Positions 1 through 10,092 of a DNA stretch of 49,385 nt are shown here, piece after piece. The position numbers and the translations under genes were made by a program. Origin of the DNA: Candidatus Liptonbacteria bacterium (GTDB lineage: Bacteria > Patescibacteriota > Minisyncoccia > UBA6257 > 2-01-FULL-56-20); assembly GCA_016867315.1 (NCBI GenBank), contig VGJV01000002.1, positions 1-49,385 on the forward strand. The letters are read 5' to 3'. Each line of letters begins with the position of its first letter. Position 1 is the stretch's first letter. The notes under the pieces were generated by a model. The model was not told where the DNA came from, did no database searches, and worked only from the letters and a program-made list of their open reading frames with translations.

Positions 1-5
1 TTAAA

Positions 6-97
6 AGCCGCAGTTTGATGCAGGCGCTCGTTTTTTGGATGCTCAAGGAACAACTCCAGCTTAAAAGCTGGAGTTTTAGTCAAGTTCCTTGACATAA
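6..97. repeat. Palindromic scaffold element, copy 1 (5'-truncated by the window edge; apparently lacks both double-hairpin inserts)
   Basis: Matches 16040-16067 plus 16118-16181; stems tcaaggaac/gttccttga and aactccagct/agctggagtt. Confidence 0.9.
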
Positions 98-219
98 TAA
101 TGGACTCTATTGATCCAGAAATCACTCCAATTATTTCTGCTGCTCATACAGTAGGTATGGATGGAATCGTGACTTTTAGCGCAGTCAGAATTTATGATAT
201 TGATGCTTTGATGCCCTGA

Positions 220-2124
220 CTATCTAATCTTGCTTCCTTCTTTTATATCTCTCTCAGGCGATAATATTATTACTTGGCCATCATCCTCTGCAGCTGCAGC
301 AAGTATCATCCCATTGCTTTCAACGCCTTTAAGCATCCTTGGGGCTAGATTTGCTACAAATACTGCCTTCTTACCAACAAGCTCCTCTTTTTTGTACCTA
401 TTCCTAAGGCCCGCGACAATAGTTCTTGGTCTCGCTTCTCCCATATTCACAGTCAGTACGAAGAGCTTGTCTGCTTGAGGATGTTCCTTTACATCAGTTA
501 TCTTACCCACCCTCAGGTCCAGCTTTGCAAAATCATCAAAATTTATAGTAGATCTAGATTTTTCTTCGCTCTTCCCAACATTTTCATTTAGTTTACTATC
601 TACCTTTTCAATTTTCTTTTCATCTTGTTTCTTAAAAGGTGGAAATGCCATTTTATTTTGAGTGATTTCTATCTTCTTGAAGAGTATATGTGCTTTTTTA
701 ATCTTATTTATTCCAAGATCCTTGTTCAGGCTTTCTTTTGAAATCTCAAAATGGAATGTTTTTGCAATCTTTTCAGCTGTATCAGGCATGAAAGGATAAA
801 GTAATATAGTCACGTCTTTCAAAGCGTTGGCTGCTTGATAGATTACCTTTGCGTCTCCAGTCTCCCAAGGCTTTTTTTCTTGCAGGAAATGGTTAATCCT
901 GTCAACAAACCCGAATATCTCATTTAATGCTCTATCAAATTCCAAACCATCGATATGCTTGCTCGCCTTGTTTATCATGCTCCTTGATTCAAGCTCCGTT
1001 TTAGTCTTCTGCATCCCGTATTTCTCGGCAAGGTTTGAGAGCCTGCTAACAAGATTTCCAAGCTTGTTTGCAAGTTCATTATTGTGTCTTTCAATAAAAA
1101 CATCTTGAGAGAACTCCCCATCTTGTCCAAACGGTGTCTCCCTAAATAGTACATATCTCAATGAATCAACTCCTATCTTTGCAGAAAGAGTATCAAGATC
1201 AACTGCGTTTCCTGCAGATTTTCCTATCTTGTCCCCTTTTATAGTAAGCCATCCATGTGCAAATATTTTTTTTGGGAGCTTTATTCCTGCAGACATCAAT
1301 ATTGCAGGCCATATTACTGCATGGAACCACAATATATCTTTTCCTATCAGATGCACATCTGCAGGCCAGAATTTATTGAACATCTCCTGTTTCTCAAGAT
1401 ACCCTATGCCAGAGATGTAATTGAGCAAGGCGTCAAACCATACCCAGGCCACATGACCTTTATCGAACGGCAAAGGAACGCCCCAAGAGAACGTAGTCCT
1501 GGATATTGACAGGTCCTGAAGGCCCTCTTTTACCCTATTTATAACTTCTTGTCTCCTGCCCTCGGGAGATATAAAATCAGGATTTTTCTTATAATGGGCA
1601 AGAAGCTTCTTCTGATATTTGGACAATTTGAAGAAATACGATTCTTCCTTTATCTTCTCAACAGGTTTCTTATGTATAGGACAATTCCCCTCAGTAAGGT
1701 CTTTTTCTGTATAATATGCCTCACAAGCAGTGCAATACAGACCCTCATAGTATCCTTCATAAATATCGCCTTTTTTATGCATTTCAGATAAGATAGTCTG
1801 AACAACTTGTTCATGATCTGAATCAGTTGTCCTTATGAATCGGTCATAATGTAAATTGAGCTTTTTCCATGCCTCTTGAAATTGTGGAACTATATGGTCA
1901 ACAAATGTTTCAGGCTTCAATCCTGCTTTCTCAGCTGCCTCTTGGAGCTTCTTCCCATGATCATCAGTACCAGTCAGGAAAAATACGTCCTTGTCTGCCA
2001 GCCTATTCCATCTCGCAAGTATATCTGCCGCTATTGTTGTGTAAGCAGAGCCAAGATGTGGCTTTGCAGTAGGATAGTATATCGGTGTTGTTACATAGTA
2101 AGTATTCTTTGTCATGTTCATCAA
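220..2124 (-). CDS. metG: Methionyl-tRNA synthetase, bacterial MetRS1-like, with C-terminal tRNA-binding (Trbp111-like) domain
   Basis: YYVTTPIYY..PHLGSAYTT, GTDDHG, CxxC knuckle, GKDILWFH, KIGKS in place of KMSKS, C-terminal DFAKLDLRVG...GVESNGM. Confidence 0.95.
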   Translation of the reverse strand: MMNMTKNTYYVTTPIYYPTAKPHLGSAYTTIAADILARWNRLADKDVFFLTGTDDHGKKLQEAAEKAGLKPETFVDHIVPQFQEAWKKLNLHYDRFIRTTDSDHEQVVQTILSEMHKKGDIYEGYYEGLYCTACEAYYTEKDLTEGNCPIHKKPVEKIKEESYFFKLSKYQKKLLAHYKKNPDFISPEGRRQEVINRVKEGLQDLSISRTTFSWGVPLPFDKGHVAWVWFDALLNYISGIGYLEKQEMFNKFWPADVHLIGKDILWFHAVIWPAILMSAGIKLPKKIFAHGWLTIKGDKIGKSAGNAVDLDTLSAKIGVDSLRYVLFRETPFGQDGEFSQDVFIERHNNELANKLGNLVSRLSNLAEKYGMQKTKTELESRSMINKASKHIDGLEFDRALNEIFGFVDRINHFLQEKKPWETGDAKVIYQAANALKDVTILLYPFMPDTAEKIAKTFHFEISKESLNKDLGINKIKKAHILFKKIEITQNKMAFPPFKKQDEKKIEKVDSKLNENVGKSEEKSRSTINFDDFAKLDLRVGKITDVKEHPQADKLFVLTVNMGEARPRTIVAGLRNRYKKEELVGKKAVFVANLAPRMLKGVESNGMILAAAAEDDGQVIILSPERDIKEGSKIR

Positions 2125-2405
2125 TGGAGAGGCTGGTATAAAAAGATGCTTATGCAGATATTATCGGAGCGAGACCTATCGCTTGCTTCTCTTCTTGCAC
2201 TGCGAGCACAAGTAAAATTCTTTCCAAATAGGAAATTCCTTCTTTGACGGGGTTTCAGACTCTCAAACAACTTCAATCACTTTCTTAACGCACAAATCTA
2301 TACTTATTCTGTATTCTCTCATATTTAATGTATACTAAGCGGACATTTACTCAAATGGTGATTGATAGAGACTTATTAATACCAGTTTATAGCTCAAAGG
2401 GATGA

Positions 2406-3101
2406 TTAGCGGTACATTCTTTCCAGAACGATGTCTTTCACATGAACCGAATCATATCCTACTAGATTGAATATTATCTCTGCAACTTCTTCTACATCCA
2501 TGGCTTTATCAGAATCTTTCTTACCGCCTACGCGATTGTGAAATGTGGTTCGCATTCCTCCTGGATAAACTCCTAGAACACGAATGCCTCTTGGTCGTGC
2601 CTCAATTCTGAGTGCATCTGTGAATCCCTTAAGCCCGTATTTGGAAGCAGCATAAACACCATGTTCGATAGAAGTATCCAAGCCTCCTGTAGAATTAATT
2701 TGGATAATCATTCCCGATTTTTTGGTAAGAAAGTATGAATAAATTCGTTTTGTAAGTTTAATTACAGACATAAGATTTGAATTGATAACTTCATCTACTT
2801 CAGAATCTTCAATCTTCTCAACAAGAGCCTTAGACATAATGGCCGCATTGTTTATCAAGATATCAATTTCTTTTTGTTCTACTAACTCTGCTAATCGTAC
2901 AATCGTCTTGTTTTCTTTTAGGTCTCCAGCTAAGACAATGCATTCAACACCACTTTTGCAAACCTCTTTTTTAACGCTTTCTAAATCGCCTTTATTTCTG
3001 CCATGAAGGATGAGAGAATAATTATTCTTCGAAAATTTAAGGGCCAAAGCTCTCCCAAGGCCTTTACTTGAACCTGTAATCAAAACGGTGCCTTTAGACA
3101 T
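2406..3101 (-). CDS. Short-chain dehydrogenase/reductase
   Basis: TGSSKGLG Rossmann motif, NNAA, catalytic YAASK. Confidence 0.9.
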   Translation of the reverse strand: MSKGTVLITGSSKGLGRALALKFSKNNYSLILHGRNKGDLESVKKEVCKSGVECIVLAGDLKENKTIVRLAELVEQKEIDILINNAAIMSKALVEKIEDSEVDEVINSNLMSVIKLTKRIYSYFLTKKSGMIIQINSTGGLDTSIEHGVYAASKYGLKGFTDALRIEARPRGIRVLGVYPGGMRTTFHNRVGGKKDSDKAMDVEEVAEIIFNLVGYDSVHVKDIVLERMYR

Positions 3102-3172
3102 AAGAGAAAATAATCAGCAAACTATTTAAGTTTTGCCTAAAAAAAGTAAAAAGTAAAAAAAAATATTTCTGC

Positions 3173-3697
3173 TTAATTTGCTAGTTCTCCCTCTTCTGAG
3201 ACTGCTTGACCATCGGCAGCATATTTGCCTACAATGACTCTGCGGTCCTCTTCACGCGCCTTAGCAAGTTTTCTGCTTACATTTATCAGGTCAGGATAAA
3301 GGTTGCGTGCGACTGTCTCGCTCAGGCCAAGATCTCGCATCACAGAGATGTAGTCGTCAGTAGTGAGCCTGCAGCCAGTATTGACTCCAAAATACAGGTG
3401 TTCTTCCGCAATTTTTCTTTTTTCTTCGACTTTTCTCTGCAAAATTGCCCCATGCTCTGGGTGTTCTGCGCTAAACTCTGCAATTGCTTCTTTCATGCCT
3501 CGCGCCTTTTCCTTGTTTTCTCTATCAACATAAGCGAAAATCCTTTCACTTTCAAACTCAGACCCATCTAAATCCTTAACTCGATTAGCCAAGTCTCTGG
3601 CCAGTGCTTGTTTGGATTTCTTCATCTTCTGATACATGCTTGACAGAGGAATCTCTATCCTGTCGCGCGCAATCAATTCTATGAATTCGTTTTGCAT
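3173..3697 (-). CDS. Hypothetical protein
   Basis: Long charged helical ORF; ATG at 3697 has an upstream AGGAG; the ORF track starts at 3736. Confidence 0.65.
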   Translation of the reverse strand: MQNEFIELIARDRIEIPLSSMYQKMKKSKQALARDLANRVKDLDGSEFESERIFAYVDRENKEKARGMKEAIAEFSAEHPEHGAILQRKVEEKRKIAEEHLYFGVNTGCRLTTDDYISVMRDLGLSETVARNLYPDLINVSRKLAKAREEDRRVIVGKYAADGQAVSEEGELAN

Positions 3698-3800
3698 TTT
3701 TATTTTTCTCCTTTCAATTATTATAGATATTACCATGCCTCAGCTTATGAAATAATGTGGCCATATTTATCACCACAATAATTATAAGGGATGGTTACGA

Positions 3801-4514
3801 TTGTTTGATATGAAAGAGAATCTTAAGGAAGCGGGATTGACTGAGAATGAAGCAAAAGTATACACCACTCTTCTTGAGCTAGGACCAAGTCATGCAGGAT
3901 TGATATCCAGGAAAAGCGGACTTCATAGAAGAGTTGTATATGATACTTTGGAGATGCTTATTCAGAAAGGTCTTATTGGCTACATACTTAGGAACAATGT
4001 CAAGCTGTTCCAGTGCGTCCATCCTCATAGATTAGTTGAAATATTGCAAGAGAAAGAACAGCACGTTGAGCAAGTCATGCCATACATGATAGATCTCTTC
4101 ACCAAGACAAAAGAGAAGGAGGAGACTAATTTTTTCACAGGCAAGAATGGATTGAAAACTGTCTTTGAGGATCAGTTAGCCATAGGTAAAGAGATTCTGA
4201 TTCTGGGCGCATCACCTCTTGCTTATGATATGTTAGGAGATTATTTCTTCTGGTTTGATAAGAGAAGAGCTGCCAAGAAGATAAAAACCAAGATTATATT
4301 CCATGAGCAAGGTATAAAGAAGATTCCTTTCTCAGAGGTAAGATTTCTGCCACAAAAATACTCTTCTCCTCTGTCTGTGAATATTTATGGCAACAAAGTA
4401 GCATTGATACTATGGAACAAAGAAAAACCTTTGGCAATAACAATAAAGAACAAGGAGATTTGTGAAGGCTATAGGAAGTACTTTGAATTGCTGTGGAAGG
4501 TTTCAAAAAAATAA
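3801..4514 (+). CDS. TrmB-family transcriptional regulator
   Basis: GLTENEAKVY..LL wHTH, VYDTLEMLIQKGL, C-terminal IYGNKVA effector domain. Confidence 0.85.
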   Translation: MFDMKENLKEAGLTENEAKVYTTLLELGPSHAGLISRKSGLHRRVVYDTLEMLIQKGLIGYILRNNVKLFQCVHPHRLVEILQEKEQHVEQVMPYMIDLFTKTKEKEETNFFTGKNGLKTVFEDQLAIGKEILILGASPLAYDMLGDYFFWFDKRRAAKKIKTKIIFHEQGIKKIPFSEVRFLPQKYSSPLSVNIYGNKVALILWNKEKPLAITIKNKEICEGYRKYFELLWKVSKK

Positions 4515-4527
4515 TCTCCACAATCAC

Positions 4528-4694
4528 AAAAACGATGCGCCACCTCGGCTTAAACCTCGAGGATGTGAATCCTCGATGGCAGTCAGGAATCTAAGATTCC
4601 TGATGAGCCGAGGTTTGTTGCAGGCGCTCGTTTTTGGAGATGCTCGGGAACCACCACACCTTGAAAGGTGTGGTTTTCATCGGTTCCCGACATA
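4528..4694. repeat. Palindromic scaffold element, copy 2, with one double-hairpin module (4555-4605)
   Basis: Stems aaaaacga(t)gcgcc/ggcgctcgttttt, acctcggct/agccgaggt, tcgggaacc/ggttcccga, accacacct/aggtgtggt; homologous to 15960-16180. Confidence 0.92.
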
Positions 4695-4697
4695 AGA

Positions 4698-4705
4698 TTT
4701 AAAAA
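4698..4705 (+). promoter_or_regulatory. Archaeal TATA box
   Basis: aagaTTTAAAAA beginning 29 nt upstream of ATG 4727. Confidence 0.55.
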
Positions 4706-4726
4706 ACTTGCTGAAAACACATCTTT

Positions 4727-5212
4727 ATGAAATTAACACATAAAAATGATTCTGATTCATGGAATGTCTGGATGAGATTGAAAGACAAGAAATATCTCCC
4801 AAGAACAAGCATAGTCCAGTTTAAACCTGAACCTAGGTTGTATGATCAAAATATAATGGTGAGCACTGTCCATAATCAGGACTTCCTTGCTGCTTCGGGA
4901 AATAGCCTTCTCCTTGCACGCCATTATCCTATTGATCATGCGGATATCACTTCTAATCACGAGGCTCTGATTCTTAATAACGAGTGCTATCCAGAAGGGT
5001 TAATATTGACATCAGACTTGCAACTATCTTTATCGTCGAGAGAAAAAAGTAAAATTAATATTCTCCAATTACTTGGTAACCCTGATGATTCTTTTATCAG
5101 ACGTTTCTTTTTTACGCATAATCATGTAATGGTACAAAAACCACATTATCTCTCAAGAGGGCCGGTACTCTTGTATGCAAAAAGAGGTAATGCTGAGTAT
5201 ATACTCAGATAA
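4727..5212 (+). CDS. Hypothetical protein
   Basis: 161-aa ORF with a TATA box upstream; no recognisable motif. Confidence 0.6.
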   Translation: MKLTHKNDSDSWNVWMRLKDKKYLPRTSIVQFKPEPRLYDQNIMVSTVHNQDFLAASGNSLLLARHYPIDHADITSNHEALILNNECYPEGLILTSDLQLSLSSREKSKINILQLLGNPDDSFIRRFFFTHNHVMVQKPHYLSRGPVLLYAKRGNAEYILR

Positions 5213-5229
5213 ACAAAGTTTTCGACAGG

Positions 5230-5237
5230 TTTAAAAA
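5230..5237 (+). promoter_or_regulatory. Archaeal TATA box of rpl15e
   Basis: TTTAAAAA beginning 29 nt upstream of ATG 5259. Confidence 0.55.
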
Positions 5238-5258
5238 GCATTTCTTGCTGAAAAAAGG

Positions 5259-5831
5259 ATGGCAACAGGATTATATCATCAATTAAGACAGGTATGGAAA
5301 AAGCCGAGCAGAGAGATGATTCATGGAAGAATGATTCAATGGAGGGCCGGTGAAGCCGCTGTTGTAGTAGAGAAACCAGAGCGCCTTGACAAAGCCCGTG
5401 CCTTGGGTTATAAAGCTAAAGTAGGTTTTGTAGTTGTAAGGATTCGTGTTAAGAGAGGAGGACGCCAAAGGCCTCGCCACAAACATGGAAGAAAAAGCAG
5501 AAAGCAGCATGTAAGAAAGATTCTGAAGATGAATTACAGATGGGTCGCTGAGATTAGAGCAGCAAGAAAATATCCTACATTGGAAGTCCTAAACTCATAT
5601 CCTCTTGGTAAGGATGGAAAATATTACTTTTACGAGGTCATCCTTGTAGATCCTTCTAGACCTGAGATTAAGAATGATAATGTAATCAACTGGATATGTA
5701 ATCCGTCTAATCGAAGAAGGGCAGAAAGAGGATTGACCAGCGCAGCTAAGAAGTCTCGTGGCCTGAGGACAAAGAGCCCAAACATGAAAGTGCGCCCAAG
5801 CCAGAGAGCCTGGGGAAGAAAAGGCAAGTAA
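5259..5831 (+). CDS. rpl15e: 50S ribosomal protein L15e
   Basis: RLDKARALGYKAK.G, LEVLNSY, YEVILVDP, RGLTSA.KKSRGL. Confidence 0.97.
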   Translation: MATGLYHQLRQVWKKPSREMIHGRMIQWRAGEAAVVVEKPERLDKARALGYKAKVGFVVVRIRVKRGGRQRPRHKHGRKSRKQHVRKILKMNYRWVAEIRAARKYPTLEVLNSYPLGKDGKYYFYEVILVDPSRPEIKNDNVINWICNPSNRRRAERGLTSAAKKSRGLRTKSPNMKVRPSQRAWGRKGK

Positions 5832-5925
5832 TTATCATTCTGATAGTCCTCCACTTTATTGAAGCAAATGTCTCTGCTTTCAGTAATAGAAATATCTAAA
5901 TACCTTAAGTAAGTCTCTGAAGCCT

Positions 5926-6195
5926 ATGAAATATTTACTGGCTATTTTGAGGGAGGTAGATGAAATATATGACGCTTTTATGGACGATATCGCCAAGGGT
6001 TATTTATTTAAGAAAAGCCTGGCTAGAAGGATCTACTCTCTAGATGAACTTAATTCAAGAGGTTGCAAGATTTCTGTAGGCGAAGGTCCTACCATTATAG
6101 AACAAGGAAGGATGAGAAGATATAATGCCAATCATAAAGATGATGGTCAATATGAAGTTTTGTCGGACCCTTTTACTCCCTGGTTTAGAGATTGA
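5926..6195 (+). CDS. Hypothetical small protein
   Basis: 89-aa ORF filling the gap and abutting the topA stop. Confidence 0.5.
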   Translation: MKYLLAILREVDEIYDAFMDDIAKGYLFKKSLARRIYSLDELNSRGCKISVGEGPTIIEQGRMRRYNANHKDDGQYEVLSDPFTPWFRD

Positions 6196-8538
6196 TTACT
6201 CAGATTCGTCCTCTTTTTTCTTGACTTCTCTTTCTTGTCTCTTTTGCGTCTCAATAGGGCATTCAGGATTGAAGCAGAATTCCCACGGTCTCTTGCCTTT
6301 CCTTATTGCAAGAAGTCTAGGAAACTGGTCGGCAGGACATAATTTTTCGGATCGTTTTATAAGTGAATTAGGGGGCAATGAAAAGGTCTGTCTACAATCA
6401 GGATATTTTGTGCATCCAATAAAATATCTACGAGTCTTCTTGGAATAAGTTATCCTCAATTCTCCTTTCTTACATAATGGGCAAGGCATCAATGTATTTG
6501 CCGCTTGCTGGTCTGCTCTCATGGTTTCCACGCCCTTGAGCAACTCTTTCCCTATCTCAGTTTCCTTAGCTTTGAATTCTTTGGATATATCAGTTATTAA
6601 TCTCTTGGCCTTCTCCAAAACTTCTTTCTCTTGATACTCAAAATTGCTTCTGCTTTCCTGTACTTTTTCAAGTTCTTCTTCAAGCTGCCTAGTCAGGCCC
6701 TCATCTATTATTATGGGGGAGTACTTCTCTAGTGCCTCTATTAACCTGATACCTAATTGTGTGGCTTGTATACTTCTACCGTCTAAATATCCTCTGTCAA
6801 ATAGCGTGTCTACTATAGCTGATCTAGTAGCCTTGGTTCCAAGATTCTTTTTTTCAAGTAATGTTATCAGTGATGTTGGAGTAAACCTTTTGGGAGGTTG
6901 TGTCTCTTTCTCAGATATTTCCACATTGTCCACTTTTACTCTGCCACTAATTTCGGGGAGAGACTTCTCTTCAAAGGATGTTGGATATACTCTGCTCCAT
7001 CCACTCTCTATTAATATGCTTCCAGAGGCGGTGAAAGTTATGGCTCTTTCTTTGATATCTTCTTCTGTCTTTTCATCCCCATCTTCATCTTCTACTCTTG
7101 AGGGTGCAGGTTTAGGAGTGTACATTATAGTTTTTCCCTTGGAATCTAAAGCTGTCAATGTGATTCTAGTAGTGGCGGTCTTCATGTCTGGAAAGAAAGC
7201 TGAGATAAATCTCTTGACTATCAATGAATAGAGTTTTTCATCGTTGCCTGACAATGAAGCATGCTCTCCTGTCGGATATATCGAAGGATGTGCCGGATCT
7301 GATTTTTTCCCTTCAACAGGATAAGGCCTAGATGCGTTTTTTGCTTCAGGAAAATATCTTTCTAAAGATTTTAATATTTTTCTTGGCTGTATCTCCTTTG
7401 GAATCTTCTGGCTAGATGTCCTTGGATAAGATATAAGACCTGCAAGATATAGCTTTTGTGCTATTTGGAGAGTCCCAGATGGAGAGATTTTATAGAACCT
7501 ATAAGCCTCTCTCTGCAAGGTAGTAAGATCAAATGGAAAAGGCGGAGGAGTATTTTCCTCTCCCTTCTTAGTCTCTGCGTTTGCCTCTTTTATACCCTCA
7601 AAAAATTTAAGATGTGCTTTATCAAAAATATCTAAGGGATGTTTGAAAACAAGACCACTTGAATGCGCATATGCTTCCCAGTAAGGTAAAGGCTTAAATT
7701 CATTTATCTCTCTTTCTCTGTCTACTATCAACTTTAATGCTGGTCCTTGGACTCTTCCTATAGATAATATCTTGAAAGATCCAGATGTTTTTATCGCGGA
7801 CATGAGTGCTCTAGATAAGTTTATTCCATACAACCAGTCAAGTATATGTCTTGTCTCTCCAGCATATGCATTTCCCCAATGAGGCTCAGGAAGAAGGTTT
7901 TCATATGAAGACTCAAGCTCAGGAGCAGTTAACGTAGAATATTTCATTCTTTTCGCGGTTTTCTGCTTACATATGAACCTAAGTACATTCCAGCCTATTA
8001 CTTCTCCTTCTACATCGAAGTCAGTTGCAATCACAATCTCTGATGCCCTGTAAGAAAGTTTCTTTAGAAGATCATAGTATCTTTTTGTGAATGCCGCTGA
8101 CTTTGTAGCATAAGATGGTTGCCATTCCACATTAAATATCGGCCATCCTTTCTGGCCAGCAGAGTAGGTCAGATTGAAAAGATGACCAACTGCAGAAGCA
8201 ATCACGACTTTCCTGCCATTTCTCTCAAGTTCAAAGTAAGATACTCCGTTCTCAGTTATTTTTTTTGAGTTTCCAAGCGCATTTGCAATCTTCTGTGCAG
8301 CTTGAGGTTTCTCAGTTATTATCAAGAGAATGTCTTTCTTTAGACTTATATCGGAAGGATCTGCTTTCTCAGTCTTCTTCCTTCTCTTTTTCTTAACATC
8401 TGGTATGTCCTCAAGTCCCTTTAGGTCCTTTCCAGGAGACTCTATCGTTGTAAGCTCGGCCAGGCTAGGTTTCTGCCTAACTTGTTTCTCAATAGTCATT
8501 TTGACATCTCCAGGTCTCAAGAATGCTTCTACAGCCAT
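6196..8538 (-). CDS. topA: DNA topoisomerase type IA (archaeal TopA/TopoIII)
   Basis: TOPRIM EKP and DFDVEGE, SIGRVQ, catalytic ISYPRT, LGTKATR, C-terminal Zn ribbons. Confidence 0.95.
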   Translation of the reverse strand: MAVEAFLRPGDVKMTIEKQVRQKPSLAELTTIESPGKDLKGLEDIPDVKKKRRKKTEKADPSDISLKKDILLIITEKPQAAQKIANALGNSKKITENGVSYFELERNGRKVVIASAVGHLFNLTYSAGQKGWPIFNVEWQPSYATKSAAFTKRYYDLLKKLSYRASEIVIATDFDVEGEVIGWNVLRFICKQKTAKRMKYSTLTAPELESSYENLLPEPHWGNAYAGETRHILDWLYGINLSRALMSAIKTSGSFKILSIGRVQGPALKLIVDREREINEFKPLPYWEAYAHSSGLVFKHPLDIFDKAHLKFFEGIKEANAETKKGEENTPPPFPFDLTTLQREAYRFYKISPSGTLQIAQKLYLAGLISYPRTSSQKIPKEIQPRKILKSLERYFPEAKNASRPYPVEGKKSDPAHPSIYPTGEHASLSGNDEKLYSLIVKRFISAFFPDMKTATTRITLTALDSKGKTIMYTPKPAPSRVEDEDGDEKTEEDIKERAITFTASGSILIESGWSRVYPTSFEEKSLPEISGRVKVDNVEISEKETQPPKRFTPTSLITLLEKKNLGTKATRSAIVDTLFDRGYLDGRSIQATQLGIRLIEALEKYSPIIIDEGLTRQLEEELEKVQESRSNFEYQEKEVLEKAKRLITDISKEFKAKETEIGKELLKGVETMRADQQAANTLMPCPLCKKGELRITYSKKTRRYFIGCTKYPDCRQTFSLPPNSLIKRSEKLCPADQFPRLLAIRKGKRPWEFCFNPECPIETQKRQEREVKKKEDESE

Positions 8539-8742
8539 ATTAAATCAGAGAATAGCTTCTATTTATAATTGACTTAAAGGCTAAAAGAACAAATTTGCTG
8601 GGCCAACATGAAAAAGCCAAAAGTTCTGGTCCAGAACTTGTTCAACGCAATTTGAGAACCTGCTTAATACTGCTCTCACACATACAGAAGCGCGCAAAAG
8701 AGTAACCTTATAAACTTTAATTCTTTTAAGAAATTAGTAAGA

Positions 8743-9531
8743 ATGATAATGAAAACAAAAAATAGATATTTCAAAAATATTGAATTTTCAAATCATAAAC
8801 TTGGTTTATACGATGTAAAAACGTTTATCAAAGATTGGGGTTCTGAACCACGAAGAGGCGTAGCTGAAGGGAGAAGCAGAATTGTGAAAAAGAATGGAGA
8901 CAAAGTCCTAGAAATAACTATTCCAAGGGGAACATTGAGTGATGGAGGGTCTTTTTGGAGATTACTCTTTCCAAAAGATTTCCTAAATGTAACATTTGAA
9001 TATGATGTTCTATTTGGAAAAAATTTTGATTTTGTTAGAGGCGGTAAACTCCCTGGAATCGGTGGTGGATTGTCAAATGGATGCGGAGCAACTCCAGATG
9101 AATATCAAAACGGCTTTTCAGCAAGATTAATGTGGAGAGTATTAAACTTCCATAATAAACACCTAATAAAAGACTCTCACAAGGCATACTTGGTTCAGTA
9201 TATGTATTATCCAGATAGGCATCCATCAAAAAAATTCGGTGAAGATTTAATTTATAGATATAAGGGCAGAAAGATATTCGTAAAATCTAATAAATGGTAT
9301 AAACTTAAAACAAACATAAAACTATCAGAAAACCCAAAAAGAAAAGATACAATCACGGCCTATGTAAATGGAAAAATGGTTTTAAATAAGAAATTAAATC
9401 TTAGAAAAAAGACTACCTATGGGATTAATCAGATAATGTTTAGTTTATTTTTTGGTGGTGGAGAACCAAGTTGGGCTACGAAAAAGAAAGAGAAAATATA
9501 CTTTAAAAAATTTATAATTGAAGGAAAATAA
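8743..9531 (+). CDS. Polysaccharide lyase family 14-like protein
   Basis: FDFVRGGKLPG, GFSARLMWR and FSLFFGG motifs typical of PL14. Confidence 0.75.
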   Translation: MIMKTKNRYFKNIEFSNHKLGLYDVKTFIKDWGSEPRRGVAEGRSRIVKKNGDKVLEITIPRGTLSDGGSFWRLLFPKDFLNVTFEYDVLFGKNFDFVRGGKLPGIGGGLSNGCGATPDEYQNGFSARLMWRVLNFHNKHLIKDSHKAYLVQYMYYPDRHPSKKFGEDLIYRYKGRKIFVKSNKWYKLKTNIKLSENPKRKDTITAYVNGKMVLNKKLNLRKKTTYGINQIMFSLFFGGGEPSWATKKKEKIYFKKFIIEGK

Positions 9532-9740
9532 CGATCTTATTTTTGAAAAAAACAGCACGCTCTTCCGTCCCCACTTACAAAAATAGAAGATATAAATTTC
9601 ATTAATCGCGAAAGAAAAAACTCCTTCGCTCCCTCATATTTTTTGATATTCATATTTCAGTAATCACAACAATAAATAGATAACAGATAAACACAGCAAA
9701 TAATTCGATATCCTAATTCTAGGAAATTGAGACCGAATGC

Positions 9741-10091
9741 TTACCTTAATGCAGAAAGCTTTTGTTTTATCCTATTTATCTCTAGGTCCAAAGCAAGGAC
9801 TTTGTCTTGCTGCTTAGAATGAACTTCTTTAACATGAGAAGTATTGATATGTTTTGATTTTTCTACTTTTATGCTTGCCTTAGGCAATAGAGATTCAAGA
9901 TGGTTCAATGATGACATGACATCATCAGCAGATTTCTTAAGCGCCACTTTGAGCATAAATTCTTCTTTTCTCAGTCTCCTATATTCATTATAATGTTTCA
10001 TAGCATTGAGGATAAAAAACTGTGATTCAAGGAGGCTTTTCTTTCCATACTTTAACTCTTGAGGGCCAAGCCTAATATATTCCGTATCCAT
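9741..10091 (-). CDS. Hypothetical coiled-coil protein
   Basis: ORF directly downstream of 10093-10785; ATG (MDTEY) chosen as start. Confidence 0.65.
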   Translation of the reverse strand: MDTEYIRLGPQELKYGKKSLLESQFFILNAMKHYNEYRRLRKEEFMLKVALKKSADDVMSSLNHLESLLPKASIKVEKSKHINTSHVKEVHSKQQDKVLALDLEINRIKQKLSALR

Positions 10092-10092
10092 A

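Noticed and set aside
100-219. 39-codon ORF converging on metG
   Set aside because: Too short, with no recognisable motif; possibly a remnant.
4545-4612. Hammerhead-like three-way junction (GTC...stem...CTGATGA-gccg)
   Set aside because: The essential GAAA after stem II is TTAAA, and extra bases separate GTC from both stems; the sister modules lack CTGATGA.
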